A stretch of DNA of 64,000 bases from Rhodospirillales bacterium (GTDB taxonomy: Bacteria > Pseudomonadota > Alphaproteobacteria > Bin95). The position numbers and the translations under genes are program-made. Positions 1 to 11,839 of the stretch are shown one piece after another. Under the pieces are notes generated by a model. The model did no database searches. It had not been told where the DNA came from and saw only the letters and a program-made list of their open reading frames with translations. The stretch is taken from NCBI GenBank assembly GCA_038143065.1, contig JAYQLI010000042.1:29114-93113 (forward strand), written 5' to 3'. Numbering within the stretch: the first letter of the stretch is position 1; the number at the start of each line of letters is the position of its first letter.

Positions 1-1850
1 GTCATCCGATCTGAAGCTGGCGAGATCATGAACCTGCGATTAACTTCAAAAGGGTTTTGGCGGGAAAAGGTATTCTTATCGGAATTAGATCCAAATTTGA
101 TAAAGACCCTAATTGCCTATGAGGATCAACGGTATTGGAAACATCATGGTGTTGATCCACTAGCGTTAGTTCGAGCCATCTTTGACTATATCAAAAGTGG
201 AGACATATCTTCAGGAGCCTCGACCTTAACTATGCAAACTGTTCGCCTAATGGATCCTAATTTAGCGAGGGAGGACATTTACAACTAAGCTGCGACAAAT
301 GCTTGCTGCAATTAGACTGGATGCGCACTGGAGCAAGGAAGCCATTCTTGAAGCCTACTTCACGCTTGCGCCCTATGGTGGCAATATTGAGGGCGTTAGC
401 GCAGCGTCTGAGGCCTGGTTTCAAAAGCCTCCCAAAGATCTAAGACTTAACGAAATTGCTTTGCTGGTAGCGCTTCCACAATCTCCCGAACGCAGACGTC
501 CAGATAGACATCCTGACAATGCTTGGCAGCTAAAATCGGTGTTCTAAAAAAAGTTCAAGGGCGGTTGAGTATAGATGATGGTGCATTAAACGAAGCTTTA
601 ATGGAACAGTTGCCAGCTCGATTAGTTAAGCCAAAATCATACGCACCTCATCTCGCTGACCGTCTTGCTGGGTCCACACTACCGGGAAATAAAACGACAA
701 TAAACGAAGAGTGGCAAAAACAAGTTCAAAACATTGTAGAAGCAAAAATCCAGAATTTTCCCGCCCCTATACAAGCTGCTGCCCTTATTGTTGAAAGACG
801 AACAGGCAACGTCAAAGCATACGTAGGCTCAAGCGAATATAGATCCAAAGAACGGAAGGGCGCCAATAATTTCTTTTGACCGCTGTGCGTAGTCCTGGCT
901 CAACTTTGAAACCCTTGATATACGGTAAGGCGCTTCAGCGAAATTTGATAGAATTTAATGAAGTGTTCAACGACGCTAATTTTTACCGTGGCGGATATAA
1001 TCCGACTAACTTTTAACAATACCTACTCTGGAAAAGTGACATTGAAAGAAGCTTTGTTAAGTCTTTAAATATCCCAGCGTTAATTACTTTAGAAAAACTC
1101 AACCCACGCATTTTTTGAAGCTGAACTTAAAAATCTAATCAACTTACCTTTCTTCTCAGATAAGGAAGCAGGATTGAGCTTTGGCTGTTGGCGGATTTTA
1201 TTTAAATGCCGAACAGCTTACTGAGCCTATACTTAATGGCAATTGACCCCATGATGAGAGGAGACATTTCGTTCATTTCCGGCCAAAGTCAAAAAGCGGT
1301 GCCAAAGATGCTAGCTTTTTAAATAATCAGGCAGCAGACCAAATAGTGCATCTTTTGATACAAAACCTCCCCAATGGAGAGCGGGTTGCGTTTAAGACGG
1401 GAACATCTTTTGCTAGGCATGATGCATGGAGCATTCAGATCTTTAAATCCCACATAGTTATTTCATGGTTTGGAACCCAGATAACCAGCCAACCGAAATA
1501 TTGACAGGTAGGGATGCCGCCTTCCACTTTCAAACGAAATTGGCTTAGCGCTCGCCCTCAAAGCACCAGAAATACCAAAAATCCAAATTTCAAATGAGGC
1601 TTCTCTGACCGAAGAAGGCATCGTCTGTACAACACTGATTGATTATCCAGGAGAATGGTGCATGGATCAAATCAGATAATGCTGTAATTCGAGGATAGGC
1701 TCGCAAACTGCAGACTGGTATTTGAATGCCAAAAAATTTGACCCGTCGCAAAAGAAAGTTCAGCTATTAGAACCTGGTATCCAAAGATTAACTGCTAAAT
1801 CTTTCTGAATGCTCACAAACAAACGAGTTTTTTTGTGGAATTCAGACGGA
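1..1850 (+). CDS. pbpC: Penicillin-binding protein 1C (transglycosylase/transpeptidase), 5' end outside window, frameshifted
   Basis: Fragments contain EDQRYWKHHGVDP, SGASTLTMQ, KEAILEAYFTLAPYGGNIEGV, RSPGSTLKP and FKTGTS motifs of PBP1C. Confidence 0.9.
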
Positions 1851-1859
1851 AGCAAATTA

Positions 1860-3260
1860 ATGGATCAATCTTCTAAAACGAAGTTTGTATTTTACGATCT
1901 CGAGACAACGGGCATCTCACCAGCTTTTTGATCAGCCCCTTCAATTCGCTGCAATTGTGACTGATCTTGAACTAAACGAAATCGAACGCGTCGATATCCG
2001 CTGCCAGTTATCTCCGCATATACTGCCCTCCCCAAAGGCTTTAGCAGTCACAGGGGTAAGGCCAAGCCAATTGAAAATAATAATCTTCCAAGTGCATTTG
2101 AGTTTGCGCAAACCATTCAGAAATTTACGAAACAATGGGCACTGCAATTTGGATTGGCTACAATTCCATTGCATTTGATGAAGCTATGTTGCGGCAAATG
2201 TTTTACCAAAACCTTCAACCAAATATTTTTGCGACGCAGTTTCACGACAATACCAGATTGGATGTCATGAAAATGATCTTCGCCGTGCATGCTGAAGCGC
2301 CAGAAGTGTTAAAGTGGCCGATAAACGACAAAGGCAAAGTGAGCTTCAAATTGGATCAACTTGCGCCCTTGAATGGGTTTCACGCTCATAATGCGCACGA
2401 CGCCCTTGGAGATGTGGAGGCAACGATTTTCATTGTTGATAAAATAAAGACCCAAAAACCGGATCTTTATCAAAAGATGTTTGAGGCACGTGACAAAGAG
2501 CACAATTTGCAGATTTTAAAGAGCTTTAAACCAGTAGATGTAACGCTGCGTTTTGGGGGCAATGCTCCCAAGACATATACCGGGTGTCTTTGCGGACTAC
2601 CTAATAACAACAAAAATATGGTTGGTTTTTTCGACCTTAATCAATCAGATCCAATGGAACTCATTCACGGAACTGAGCAAGACATAATAGAAGCAATGAC
2701 AAAAGCCCACAACGGATAAGATCTTTAAGGCTAAATCAGGGGACACTATTAGACCCGCTTCCGCCGAAAACTTTGAATGGGAACACATCTGTGCTGTTAT
2801 CGAAAGTAATGAAGCTTTTCAGGCGATGGTATCTAAATGTCTGGAAAACAAATACTCTGATGCGGAAGACATAAGATCTACTGGTTGAAGAAAAGATCTT
2901 CGCTGGTTTCTATTCCTATCAAGATAAAGAACTGCTTCAGAAATTCCAAACAAGCAATTGGACGGAACGTTTAGCCCTTCTGGGCGAGGTTCGAGACGAA
3001 CGCATCCAGCAACTGGGTCGCAGATTAGTAGCATTTAATGCAAGACATCTCTTGATGATAAATATCAAAATGTCGTGCAAGAATACCTAGCCGATAAATG
3101 GTCTGCGGGTGAAGCTGATGTTAGATGGGCAACAATAGCATCCGTACACGCACAGCTCAGTGAGTTGGGAAAAGAAGGCTTTGATGAAAGCTTGCTTGAA
3201 GAAATGAGGACATTCTACCGAAATCGGATAAAGGCTCAGGGATGTTCAGTCGACTTTTAA
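1860..3260 (+). CDS. sbcB: Exodeoxyribonuclease I-like DEDDh 3'-5' exonuclease (frameshifted)
   Basis: FVFYDLETTG, DQPLQFAAI, GYNSIAFDE, SFKLDQLAPLNG and AHDALGDVEAT motifs. Confidence 0.8.
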
Positions 3261-3261
3261 T

Positions 3262-3791
3262 ATTCGTCACAGTCACTTTACTGGCTGCGAGGTACAGCTT
3301 TCAGCGACCAAATTCCCAAATATGATAGAGATCTATTTGGTGGCTGGTCTGACACAGACCGTGACTGCCAAAATATGCGGCACGAACTTCTCCAAGACCT
3401 TTCAACAGCTACCTTAGGTTTTTCACAAAACACCTGCAGAGTTACCCGAGGTAGATGGCTTGATCCCTATACGGACAAAATATTCTATGAGAGCCGTTTG
3501 CTAGATATCGATCACTTGTTCCCCTAAAATACAGCTGGGACCGAGGCGCGCATTCTTGGACTTCAAAAGCGTCGACAATTTTCAAATGATCCAATCAATC
3601 TGTTTGCAGTTAAAAAAAGTGTAAACCGCCAGAAATCCGCATATGGACCAGTTGAATGGCTGCCACCAAATATAAAGTTTCGATGCCAATATATAGTAAG
3701 GTTCCAGAGGGTGGTTAAATTATATGGTCTCAATCAAAGTGCCGCTGAACTTCAATTGATAAATCAAGCTCAGCAGCAATATTGCGAGTGA
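3262..3791 (+). CDS. HNH endonuclease, DUF1524-like (not in ORF track because of frameshifts)
   Basis: Manual translation gives WLDPYTDK..LDIDHL..FSNDPINLFAVKK..NRQKSAYGPVEWLPPN..RCQYIVRF. Confidence 0.75.
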
Positions 3792-3995
3792 TTAGATGAC
3801 CATAAACAAAGCCATGAAGACAAACTGCATCAACTGATCAAAAGGGTTAACGGTGACTGTGTCTGGAGGCAGGAGATACCACCTCAATAGTTTCAAGAAC
3901 CGTTTTGTCGGTTCAATCAGTTCTTCAGGCATTCCCCCTGCAGTAACTGACATCGCCATTAAACTGATTAAAGCGGCGGTTATTAGATTTTTCAT
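3792..3995 (-). CDS. Small exported/membrane protein of Roseobacter type (signal peptide ending TAGGM, hydrophobic C-terminus)
   Basis: MKNLITAALISLMAMSVTAGGMPEELIEP; GGAGA RBS upstream. Confidence 0.6.
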   Translation of the reverse strand: MKNLITAALISLMAMSVTAGGMPEELIEPTKRFLKLLRWYLLPPDTVTVNPFDQLMQFVFMALFMVI

Positions 3996-4009
3996 TTAGG
4001 TCTCCGAGT

Positions 4010-4125
4010 AGGTCGCTCAAAATCTCTCTGGCGATGAGCGACCTGTATCAATCGCCAGAGAGAAGGTTTGAGACTGGCTCTGGATGAAACCAGCCTTTAA
4101 GCGGTCGCTTTCCTCGGCCGCTTAA
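4010..4125 (-). promoter_or_regulatory. Highly structured 5' leader with interleaved stems (pseudoknot or switch) plus two hairpins
   Basis: AGGTCGCTCA(4010-19)/TGAGCGACCT(4035-44), TCTCTCTGGCGAT(4023-35)/ATCGCCAGAGAGA(4051-63), TTAAGCGG(4097-4104)/CCGCTTAA(4118-25). Confidence 0.55.
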
Positions 4126-4788
4126 TGCGCTTTTGGCGAACTAAAATGCAGAGATGATGCTGAAATTATGCAAAATTGAAGGTAAAATGTGCAGTAAATG
4201 ATGGGTTGGACATTTTTTATGCAGCAAAAATTTGCCCAGTTTCAAGCACAGCATTAATATCTTTGTAAATTAGCCAAAAGTATCATATCAATACTTACAA
4301 GGCGGGCTAAAACACCGTCGAAACGAGCAGCAATCGACCCTAAGGCTTTCTTTTTCTCCCGGGAAGCCTTTGTTTTTGATAATAAGCTTGTTGGCGGTTT
4401 TCATAAAAAATAAAAAGAACATCAGTACAAAACTATTTGTGGCGAAAATTGATTTTCAATCAACGTAACAATGTTCGGAATAAATACATCATATTATTAA
4501 TTGCGTTTATCCAGATTTTACTTTCGTCAGTGGTCGTAAAACAGGTAAATGCCTAACGCCGATGCAAAAGCGATAATTTCTATGGCCGTAAATACCTGAA
4601 ATATAATCATCTGTTTATCCTTCCAAAAAAATTTCTTTGGTTTGAATATCCAGTAGAGTTGCAGCTAATATATCTCTTGTTTGCAAATTAAATGATAGTT
4701 TGTGCAGTTTTGGTGCAGTTTGCCTGAAAGGCTTTGTGCTTATTTTAGGGCTATGCCAGTCTTCACGAAACTAAGATGGGTGATCACA

Positions 4789-5475
4789 ATGGCGACAATA
4801 ATTATCGTAGATGACGAAGAAGAGATACTAGACCCGCTTGAAGAAATGCTCAGCTCTGAGGGTTATAACGTCAAAGCGTTTTCATCGAGCGTTAAAGCAG
4901 AAGCCCATCTTCTTGAACATAAGGCTGACTTAGCAATCTTCGACATAAAGATGCCAGAGCTAGACGGCTTTCTCTTCTGAAATCAGTCCGATTAAATTCA
5001 CCTAATTTACCCATCATTTTCTTATCATCAAAAGCTGACGAGCAAGATCAGATCATTGGCTTCACTTTAGGTGCAGACGATTATGTCACCAAACCGTTCA
5101 GCAAACACCTATTACTTATGCGAGTTTCAGCTGTTCTGAGGCGACACCAAAATGAAAACGTTTCGAACGAAGCTGATTTGGTAACCACCGGACCCCTTAT
5201 AATTGATCAAGATCGCCACCTAGTAACCTGGAATGGGGAAGCCGTTGGTCTTACCGTAACGGAATGTTTGCTTTTGCTATCTTTATCACAACGTCCAGGA
5301 TCAGTGAAAAGTCGTAACCAGCTAATGGACGCGGCCTATCGTGAGGCTATCTATGTAAGCGATCGTACAATAGATAGTCACATTCGCAACATTCGCCAAA
5401 AAACTCAAAGTAGTCGATCCAAAATGTGACATCATTACGACTGTCCATGGCTTGGGCTACAAATTGAACACCTAA
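4789..5475 (+). CDS. OmpR-family response regulator, ChvI-like (frameshifted)
   Basis: IIVDDEEEI, AIFDIKMPELDG, GADDYVTKPF, LTVTECLLL, RPGSVKSRNQLMD, DRTIDSHIRNIR. Confidence 0.85.
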
Positions 5476-5476
5476 A

Positions 5477-6885
5477 ATGTTTTTAAAAGGTATCCTTTCA
5501 AAAATCTTAAGCCTCATGGTTTTGTTTAACCTTGCTCTATGGGCTTTTATCTTTTTCACAGATGATGCGTCCATCAGAGAAATAAATGCCAAACGGAACC
5601 AGCTTTTCGAACGTTCTAGCCTCTTTGTAAAAATGGTGGAGCCAATTTTTGAAACTAAAGATTTAAACCCATTTGCACGGCAACTGGCTATTGAAGAAAT
5701 ATTTGGAGACCCGCGTATTGTTGGGAGCAAAAAACCTAATTATTACCGAATTTCTGGCAAAACCTAGTGATAGCAAAGCAACCATTTATTTTGACGGTGG
5801 TAACAGACGTGTCCCTCAGCCTATCCAGGTTAGAAAGTTACAAGACACAGAAAACGCCTTTAAACCGTCTAAGAAGAGATTTGACCCTTCGAAAAACTTT
5901 TTTGTTTTTTATAAAAACTTTTTTGATTTGAAGATTGTCACCGATCCGTTTGTTGAACGGTATGCTGCATTTACAATTCAGTTTCAGCTACTGAACCCAG
6001 AGACAGATTTATACAAACTCACCTATCTACAGCCGATCAAAGCAGCCGGTGAAACTGTTGCAATATTACGTTTATCAGATGAATATTACTTGTGAGAAGC
6101 ATATTTTGGGAGCCAACAAATCCCGCTTAGTTGTTCTTTCAGGCCTCTCTCTCATCACTATTTTCTTTGGTTTGTGGTTAGCGATTTCAATTGCTATGCC
6201 TATTCGTCGCTTGTCACGAAAACTAAATAGAAAAATTAATGGATACTGTTGTCGAACAGTTAGGCTCTTTTCGTATTGATAAATTTGAAAACCGTAAGGA
6301 CGAAGTCGGCCTTCTATGGCAACTTAACCAGCCTTCACGATCAAATTATTCAGCTATTTAACGATAAAGAGCGTTTTGCTGCAGACGTGTCCCATGAGTT
6401 AAAAACCCTATAGCATCGATCATCGCAAACTCTGACAACGCCATCATTAAAGCCGAAAACTCGACAAGTGACATTGCCGCTTTTAAAGCTATTAGAAAGC
6501 AAGCAATACGTATGAACAAGCTAATCTCGGAAATATCTGAAGCAGCCATTGTCGATTACGATTTAGTAGCAGCTAAGCGTGAAAAATTTGATCTTTCAGA
6601 AACTTTAGAAAATCTTGTTCAGTTTTTTGAAGATCAAAACTCAAATATCTCAATAATCTCTGACATTCAGAAAACGTAATGTTTCTTGGTTTGCCAGACC
6701 GAATAGCACGTGTCTTTATAAACTTGATTGAGAATGCGGTTAGCTTCGCAGGTGAAAACGGCCAGGTAAGCGTCACACTAAAGAAAAGTTGGCGACATGG
6801 AATTATTATTACTATTGAGGACAGTGGGCCTGGGGTGGCATTCTTGAATTGTAAAACCGACTGGTTTCGCGTCTCATCTGCATGA
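5477..6885 (+). CDS. Sensor histidine kinase, ChvG-like; appears truncated just after the G1 box
   Basis: TM and HAMP (SIAMPIRRL), H-box ADVSHELKNP, N-box VFINLIENAVSF, G1 IEDSGPGV; no GLGL box seen. Confidence 0.8.
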
Positions 6886-6959
6886 ACGGTGAAGTCAAAA
6901 AGCACTTATCTTGGCACCGAAATGATATTTGAAAAGTGAATTCACTTGAGCACTTGGTA

Positions 6960-7370
6960 AGTTCTGGAACTCGATCCTCGTTGGGCACTATCGCATTTTG
7001 GTCAAAATTCCTTACCGAGCTGCGGCGGCGTCCTCACGATTGATACCAGAAAGCACAAGAAATGACTCTTCCCCAGGCCATTTCCCATCAGGATCACGTC
7101 CAATACCCTCAATGAATTTGTATTTTTCTGAGAAATTGGATCTTTCAGTGCGCATGTTTGGCGATTGTTCGCCGAACTTAGACGGTGTCTTACCAAGCGG
7201 ATTCCAACAGTTATGTAAGATGACACTTTACAGTTGCTGCTGCTTATAAAGTTCTGAAAGTTCCCGTGAATAACGGCCAATTTTGAGCCTCAAAGGTAGG
7301 ATCTGTGTTAACCTGAAAATCTGTAGCGATGTATGCTTTGATCAACTCTTCATCAACTGAACTTACATAA
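6960..7370 (-). CDS. DUF3293-like protein (frameshifted, approximate ends)
   Basis: ELIKAYIATDFQV...WPGEESFLVL pattern resembling DUF3293. Confidence 0.5.
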
Positions 7371-7379
7371 GTCTCTGAA

Positions 7380-8105
7380 GATTTTCTCGACTTCCAAAAC
7401 CGCGCAAACCACTGGATTAAAACACATAAAGTCAAACTTCTCATCGTAATAAGTATGTTGTTAAGAAGTCGCATGTGACTCCATCTTCTATAGTCAGAGA
7501 AAAGTCAGCCAACTATTCTACCGCTGATACATATACCGTGAATATATTCAAATAGACCATAATTTGTAGAGCCTTTGCTGATAACTAGATAGATATCATC
7601 CATCGATTTTGGCGCTTGATCTAGCTCAACCGCAATCACAGCTTGGAAGCCACCTTTTTCCAAGAAAATTGAACTAAATCCATTTGTAGAGCTTAATTCA
7701 TTTTTGACACCAGCTATATATTGATCAATCTTTTCCTAATTTTTGACGTATTTGCTGAATCGTTTGTTGTGGAAGCGTTAGCCCTGGAGGAGAGTTTAGT
7801 CTCGACTAGGTGCTTCCAATTCATAGTGTAATTCAATCTTAAGGAGAATTGCTCTAAAGTATTTTCTTCGTCGAGGAACGTCCACTCAAGACCATCTGCT
7901 TCAGTTTCTATTGAAAGCGTCCAGTCATCTTCTTCAAGGTATGAATTGATAGTTCGAATATTCTTCGGAAATCCTCTACCCTAAAAGCTTTCAAGGCCTG
8001 ATCATACAAAAGGATTTCAACCTTTGAAGCTTGCTGCTTGGAATAGGACCCAGCCTTGCCAAATGTGACCTGCGGCTGGAAGTAAGAGATAAAGTACCGG
8101 TCATG
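7380..8105 (-). CDS. Hypothetical acidic protein (frameshifted, approximate)
   Basis: Coding-like stretch NSYLEEDDWTLSIETEADGLEWTFLDEENTLEQF on the minus strand. Confidence 0.3.
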
Positions 8106-8339
8106 ACGACGCCCCTTCTACAGAAACTAACAATTTACGTTATTTAGGATACTGTTCTAATTACGGAAACTTTCCAAGACTTACGTTACGCAGTGTTTTT
8201 CCAACGCCGCTGAGACTTCTGCCTTACTGATCGAATGACGTCCTCAAAATCGCTATTGGTTTTATATCTTTCAAAGTCTCTCCCATTTGAGGAAGATTGA
8301 CCATTGTTATACAAATTTGCGAACGTGCCAAACTATCAG

Positions 8340-8837
8340 AAACTCTTTCTGACTTCCATTAAGAAGTTCTATTGATGGGCAGTCTATTTAAACGATTATA
8401 GATCTTATACATTTTCTAGGTTCTGATAATGGAAAAGGCCTTTGATTTCCTTCTGAGTGAAACTGTATTTTCCTATTCCTAAACTCTTTGATTTTCGGTT
8501 TGAGTGACCTTCTCCCAATTCAATTAAACGATCAGATTGTTTCTGTTCCACTATCCGTTTTACGTCTTTTATTATTGTGGAAACGTTTTCGTTTAGTGGA
8601 ATACTTAGGGTTATTGTTTTTGTGAGTTAGAGATCTTTGAAACCTCTTTCACCATCACTTCTTCAAACAGATATTTGTGATTTTTTCCGCAATCATCAAA
8701 CTTAATGTTTCGTAACGTTTCCCCACTCTTCATAGAAGTCTTTTGATTGTTTGCAGGTTCTCAGAATATTGCAGATCTGAATGACAAATCTGAAGACACT
8801 CAAACCACAATCTAATGTGTTGTTTTTTCGATCTCAT
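8340..8837 (-). CDS. Hypothetical island protein (frameshifted)
   Basis: MRSKKQHIRLWFECLQICHSD...FYEEWGNV coding-like segment. Confidence 0.35.
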
Positions 8838-8859
8838 CGAAATGTTGATTATTACCAGG

Positions 8860-8894
8860 GGGACATTACTGTCTCACTTCTACTGTCCTAAATT
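8860..8894. repeat. Imperfect palindromic site, copy 1 (GGGACA...CTACTGTCCTAAATT)
   Basis: Shares 17 identical bp TTCTACTGTCCTAAATT plus GGGACA with 10628-10661. Confidence 0.7.
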
Positions 8895-9349
8895 ATGGTC
8901 TGTCATTTTCATTTATATTCATATTATCAAACAAAAAGCCTTTTGTTTGGCTTTAAAACAAATCCTAAGAAGGGATCCAGGAATGTCTAAATCTACAGAT
9001 AAACAAATCTCAATAATGATAAACAGATGGGTTTTTGACCCATTCAAGAAATTGACTTAAAGAACTTAGAAAGGAGTCAGTTCAAGAATGAATCTAAAAG
9101 AACTGGTATGACATTAATCAAATGAAACTACCTTTTGGTATCGTGCGTTGTACTCCTCACCGACTGCTTAAAAAGTGGTTAGGTATGAATCTCCTGTCAG
9201 TAATGAATGTGGGTTTGAATGCCATTCAGCATCAAAAATCTTTAGATTTTTTCTTTAACAGTTGTTTCCACATCTCACACATCGATGAAAAAGACTAAAT
9301 ATAGTTGATTACGGATTTTTCACTGCGGGTGAAAAATCTGAACATCTAA

Positions 9350-10548
9350 TTACATCGGAGGAATTGATAGATGATAAATTTCTCGTTTCTCTAATAAGGT
9401 TTCAGGAACAGGCGGTCGCATACCAAGCGCGTGGTGTGGCCTGATGTGATTGTATTCTTTAGGCCAGATGTTGATCGCCACCTGGGCCTGTTTGACGCTG
9501 TGGAACCACTCGGTATTTAGGAGCTCTTGACGCAAGATACCGTTGAAGCGTTCGTTATAGCCATTCTCCCAAGGGCTACCTGGATAGATTTGGATCGGCC
9601 TTGCGCCGACCTTTCTTAGCCAATCCTGAAGGTGCTGAGCAACGAACTCCCCGCCATTATCAGAACGGATAAATTCGGGTTTCCCGTGTTTCATCAGCAG
9701 GCGGCGCATCACTTCCAAAACATCGTCGGAACCCATCTTGTCTCGCACCTCAACGCAAAGCGCCTGGCGGGTATATTCATCCAGGACAGTCAGCATCTTG
9801 TAGCTGCGCCCGTTACTCAGCCTGTCATGTACAAAATCCATGGCCCAAACGTGGTTTGGATGTGTCGGGCGTAAACGAATGACCGAGCTATCTTTGTGAT
9901 AAAGCCGCCGTCGCTTTTTGTGCCGCTCAGGCAGTTTTAGCCCCTCTTCGCGCCATAAGCGCTCGACTTTCTTGTGATTGACGTTCCAGCCCTCGATCCG
10001 CAACAGTTCAGTGACTTTACGATACCCGTATCGTCCATACCGCTTGGCATAGTGGATCATGGCGAGACGCAAGGCATCATCATCTTGAACCTTGGTTTTA
10101 TAATGCAGGCTGGAGCGCGACACTCCAAGCACCGCACAGGTGCGCCGTTCTGATGTATCCAGTTTCTGACGGGTGTGGATCACGGCCTGACGCACCCCAT
10201 CAACTGTCAGGCCTTCGGCTTTAAATAATCGAGGCTCTCCTTCAAGATCAGCTTGTCGAGCTGAAGGTCCGCAACGATTTTCTTAAGCCTCTCATTTTCC
10301 TTCTTCAATGCTCTCATCTGTGAAAGTTGAGGCCGGCCAAGGCCACCAAACTTCTTACGCCAGTAATAATACGTCTTGTCCGAAATCCCCGCTTTGCGAC
10401 ATGCGCTCACGACGTCCAAACCATCGTGCAAATGAACATCAATCTCGCGCAATATCTTCAGTGCGTCCTCATCCGAATACCGTTTCCGTGCCATTCTTTG
10501 CAACTCCATTGGTCAACAAATACTGGCACAGTTTTAGGGGCCAAGACA
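9350..10548 (-). mobile_element. IS3-family (IS407-group-like) element: orfA 10207-10509, orfB 9350-10195; left IR present, right IR apparently missing
   Basis: DDE motifs WAMDF, IRSDNGGEF, GSPWENGYNERFNG; terminus reads TGTCTTGGCCCC from 10548 on the minus strand. Confidence 0.92.
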
Positions 10549-10627
10549 TTGAATCAGAGATAGTCTTGAAAACTCCAAAGAATTTTTCAATGGAATTCTC
10601 AATTCTTCAGTAAATCACAGACTGATT

Positions 10628-10661
10628 GGGACAGTAGTGGATCGTTCTACTGTCCTAAATT
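10628..10661. repeat. Palindromic site, copy 2 (GGACAGTAG-N9-CTACTGTCC)
   Basis: Perfect 9-bp arms; direct repeat of 8860-8894. Confidence 0.7.
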
Positions 10662-10716
10662 TATCTCCCTAAAATATTAAATTGTAAATACGAAATCAAA
10701 CAGAAGGACTAAAAAA

Positions 10717-11023
10717 TGAGCGAGTTTAACCAGCCACATCCGATACTCCAAATCAGTCAATTTTGTCTAAAATAGAAAATATCTTGGTTCTAAACCAGAT
10801 AGTTTTTGAAAATTTCACAGATCTGATTGATCTCTTAAATGATACATTTAGAGATTTCACTTTAGAGGAAATTATTCCATTTCATGTAGACGACAGAGAT
10901 GCATTTGAAAATTTTTCACAGACTCTACAGTATGGCTTTGAAGATGAGTTATATGAAATACTAAATGAGTTTGAAGTTTTCAAAGAGGAATTTTTGAGGG
11001 ATTTTGAGTTGAAAAATGTCTGA
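10717..11023 (+). CDS. Hypothetical small acidic protein
   Basis: ORF 10763-11023; probable ATG at 10717 with AAGGA RBS, then a frameshift. Confidence 0.45.
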
Positions 11024-11143
11024 ATGAAGACAGTTTTGTTGAGTGGGTATCCGAGTTGGTGGACGACTGTTTTATTCAAACCTTACGAACGAGCAAGAAT
11101 TCCGAAAAGCGCTAAGCTAAATTTCTCACATTCAACAGTCCAG

Positions 11144-11739
11144 TCAGATGAGATTTACTACCTCATTTTGGCTCTCACTATCACTTTCAATATATCGCTG
11201 TAGTTTGAAGCGATGAATGGCCAACCATCATCTGAATCCTCTAATGACCCACCCACAACAGAGATCTTCTTTGATGTTTCCGTTATGAAAGTTCTTCGAC
11301 CACTGTGCGATGAGCATCCAATCAAACCTAATCTGTCATACCAACGTTGAAACATATTAACGATTGCTTGTGGAGCTAGTGCTCTTTTGAGCGTTCGGTT
11401 CGAATGATTGATGATGTTGACGGATTAAAAATTTTGGAGTTTGATGCTCTTTTCCAACAATTTAATTAAGTTAAGCTTCAGGTCTTTGTTCAGTGGAACC
11501 ACCTGCCCCATTCCCTTTGGATGATGATTAGGAAGGTTTAGATAATCACCAACTGATCCGTCAGAATTCATCACCATTGCCCATTTGAGGTGAGCTATCT
11601 CTTTAGCTCGCAATCCAGCTTTAACGGAAAAGTAGAAGATTGTTTGATCTCTGAGACCATATCGGTTGGTTAGAAGGTACTCGCTTATCATTTTGACCTG
11701 AACACGGCTTAGTGTCTTTGCTTGTTTCCCAAGACCCAT
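11144..11739 (-). CDS. Small (~200 aa) catalytic-domain-only tyrosine recombinase, FimB/FimE-like architecture (frameshifted)
   Basis: RDQTIFYFSVKAGLRAKEIAHLKW and SSHSGRRTFIT, then a GH..Y region; no N-terminal arm/core-binding domain. Confidence 0.85.
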
Positions 11740-11839
11740 ATTTGATCCTCAACTGATTATGTTTGATTGATAATCAGACAATCCAGCATCAGTTAATTTG
11801 AGACAACGTTAGGATAGATAAATAAGTTAAATGATATAT

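Noticed and set aside
7486-7497. TTCTATAGTCAG as a further S-site
   Set aside because: Only one arm is present, and it probably lies within coding sequence.
8390-8425. AAACGATTATAG...TAGGTT as a degenerate S-site
   Set aside because: Weak match inside a probable CDS in AT-rich DNA.
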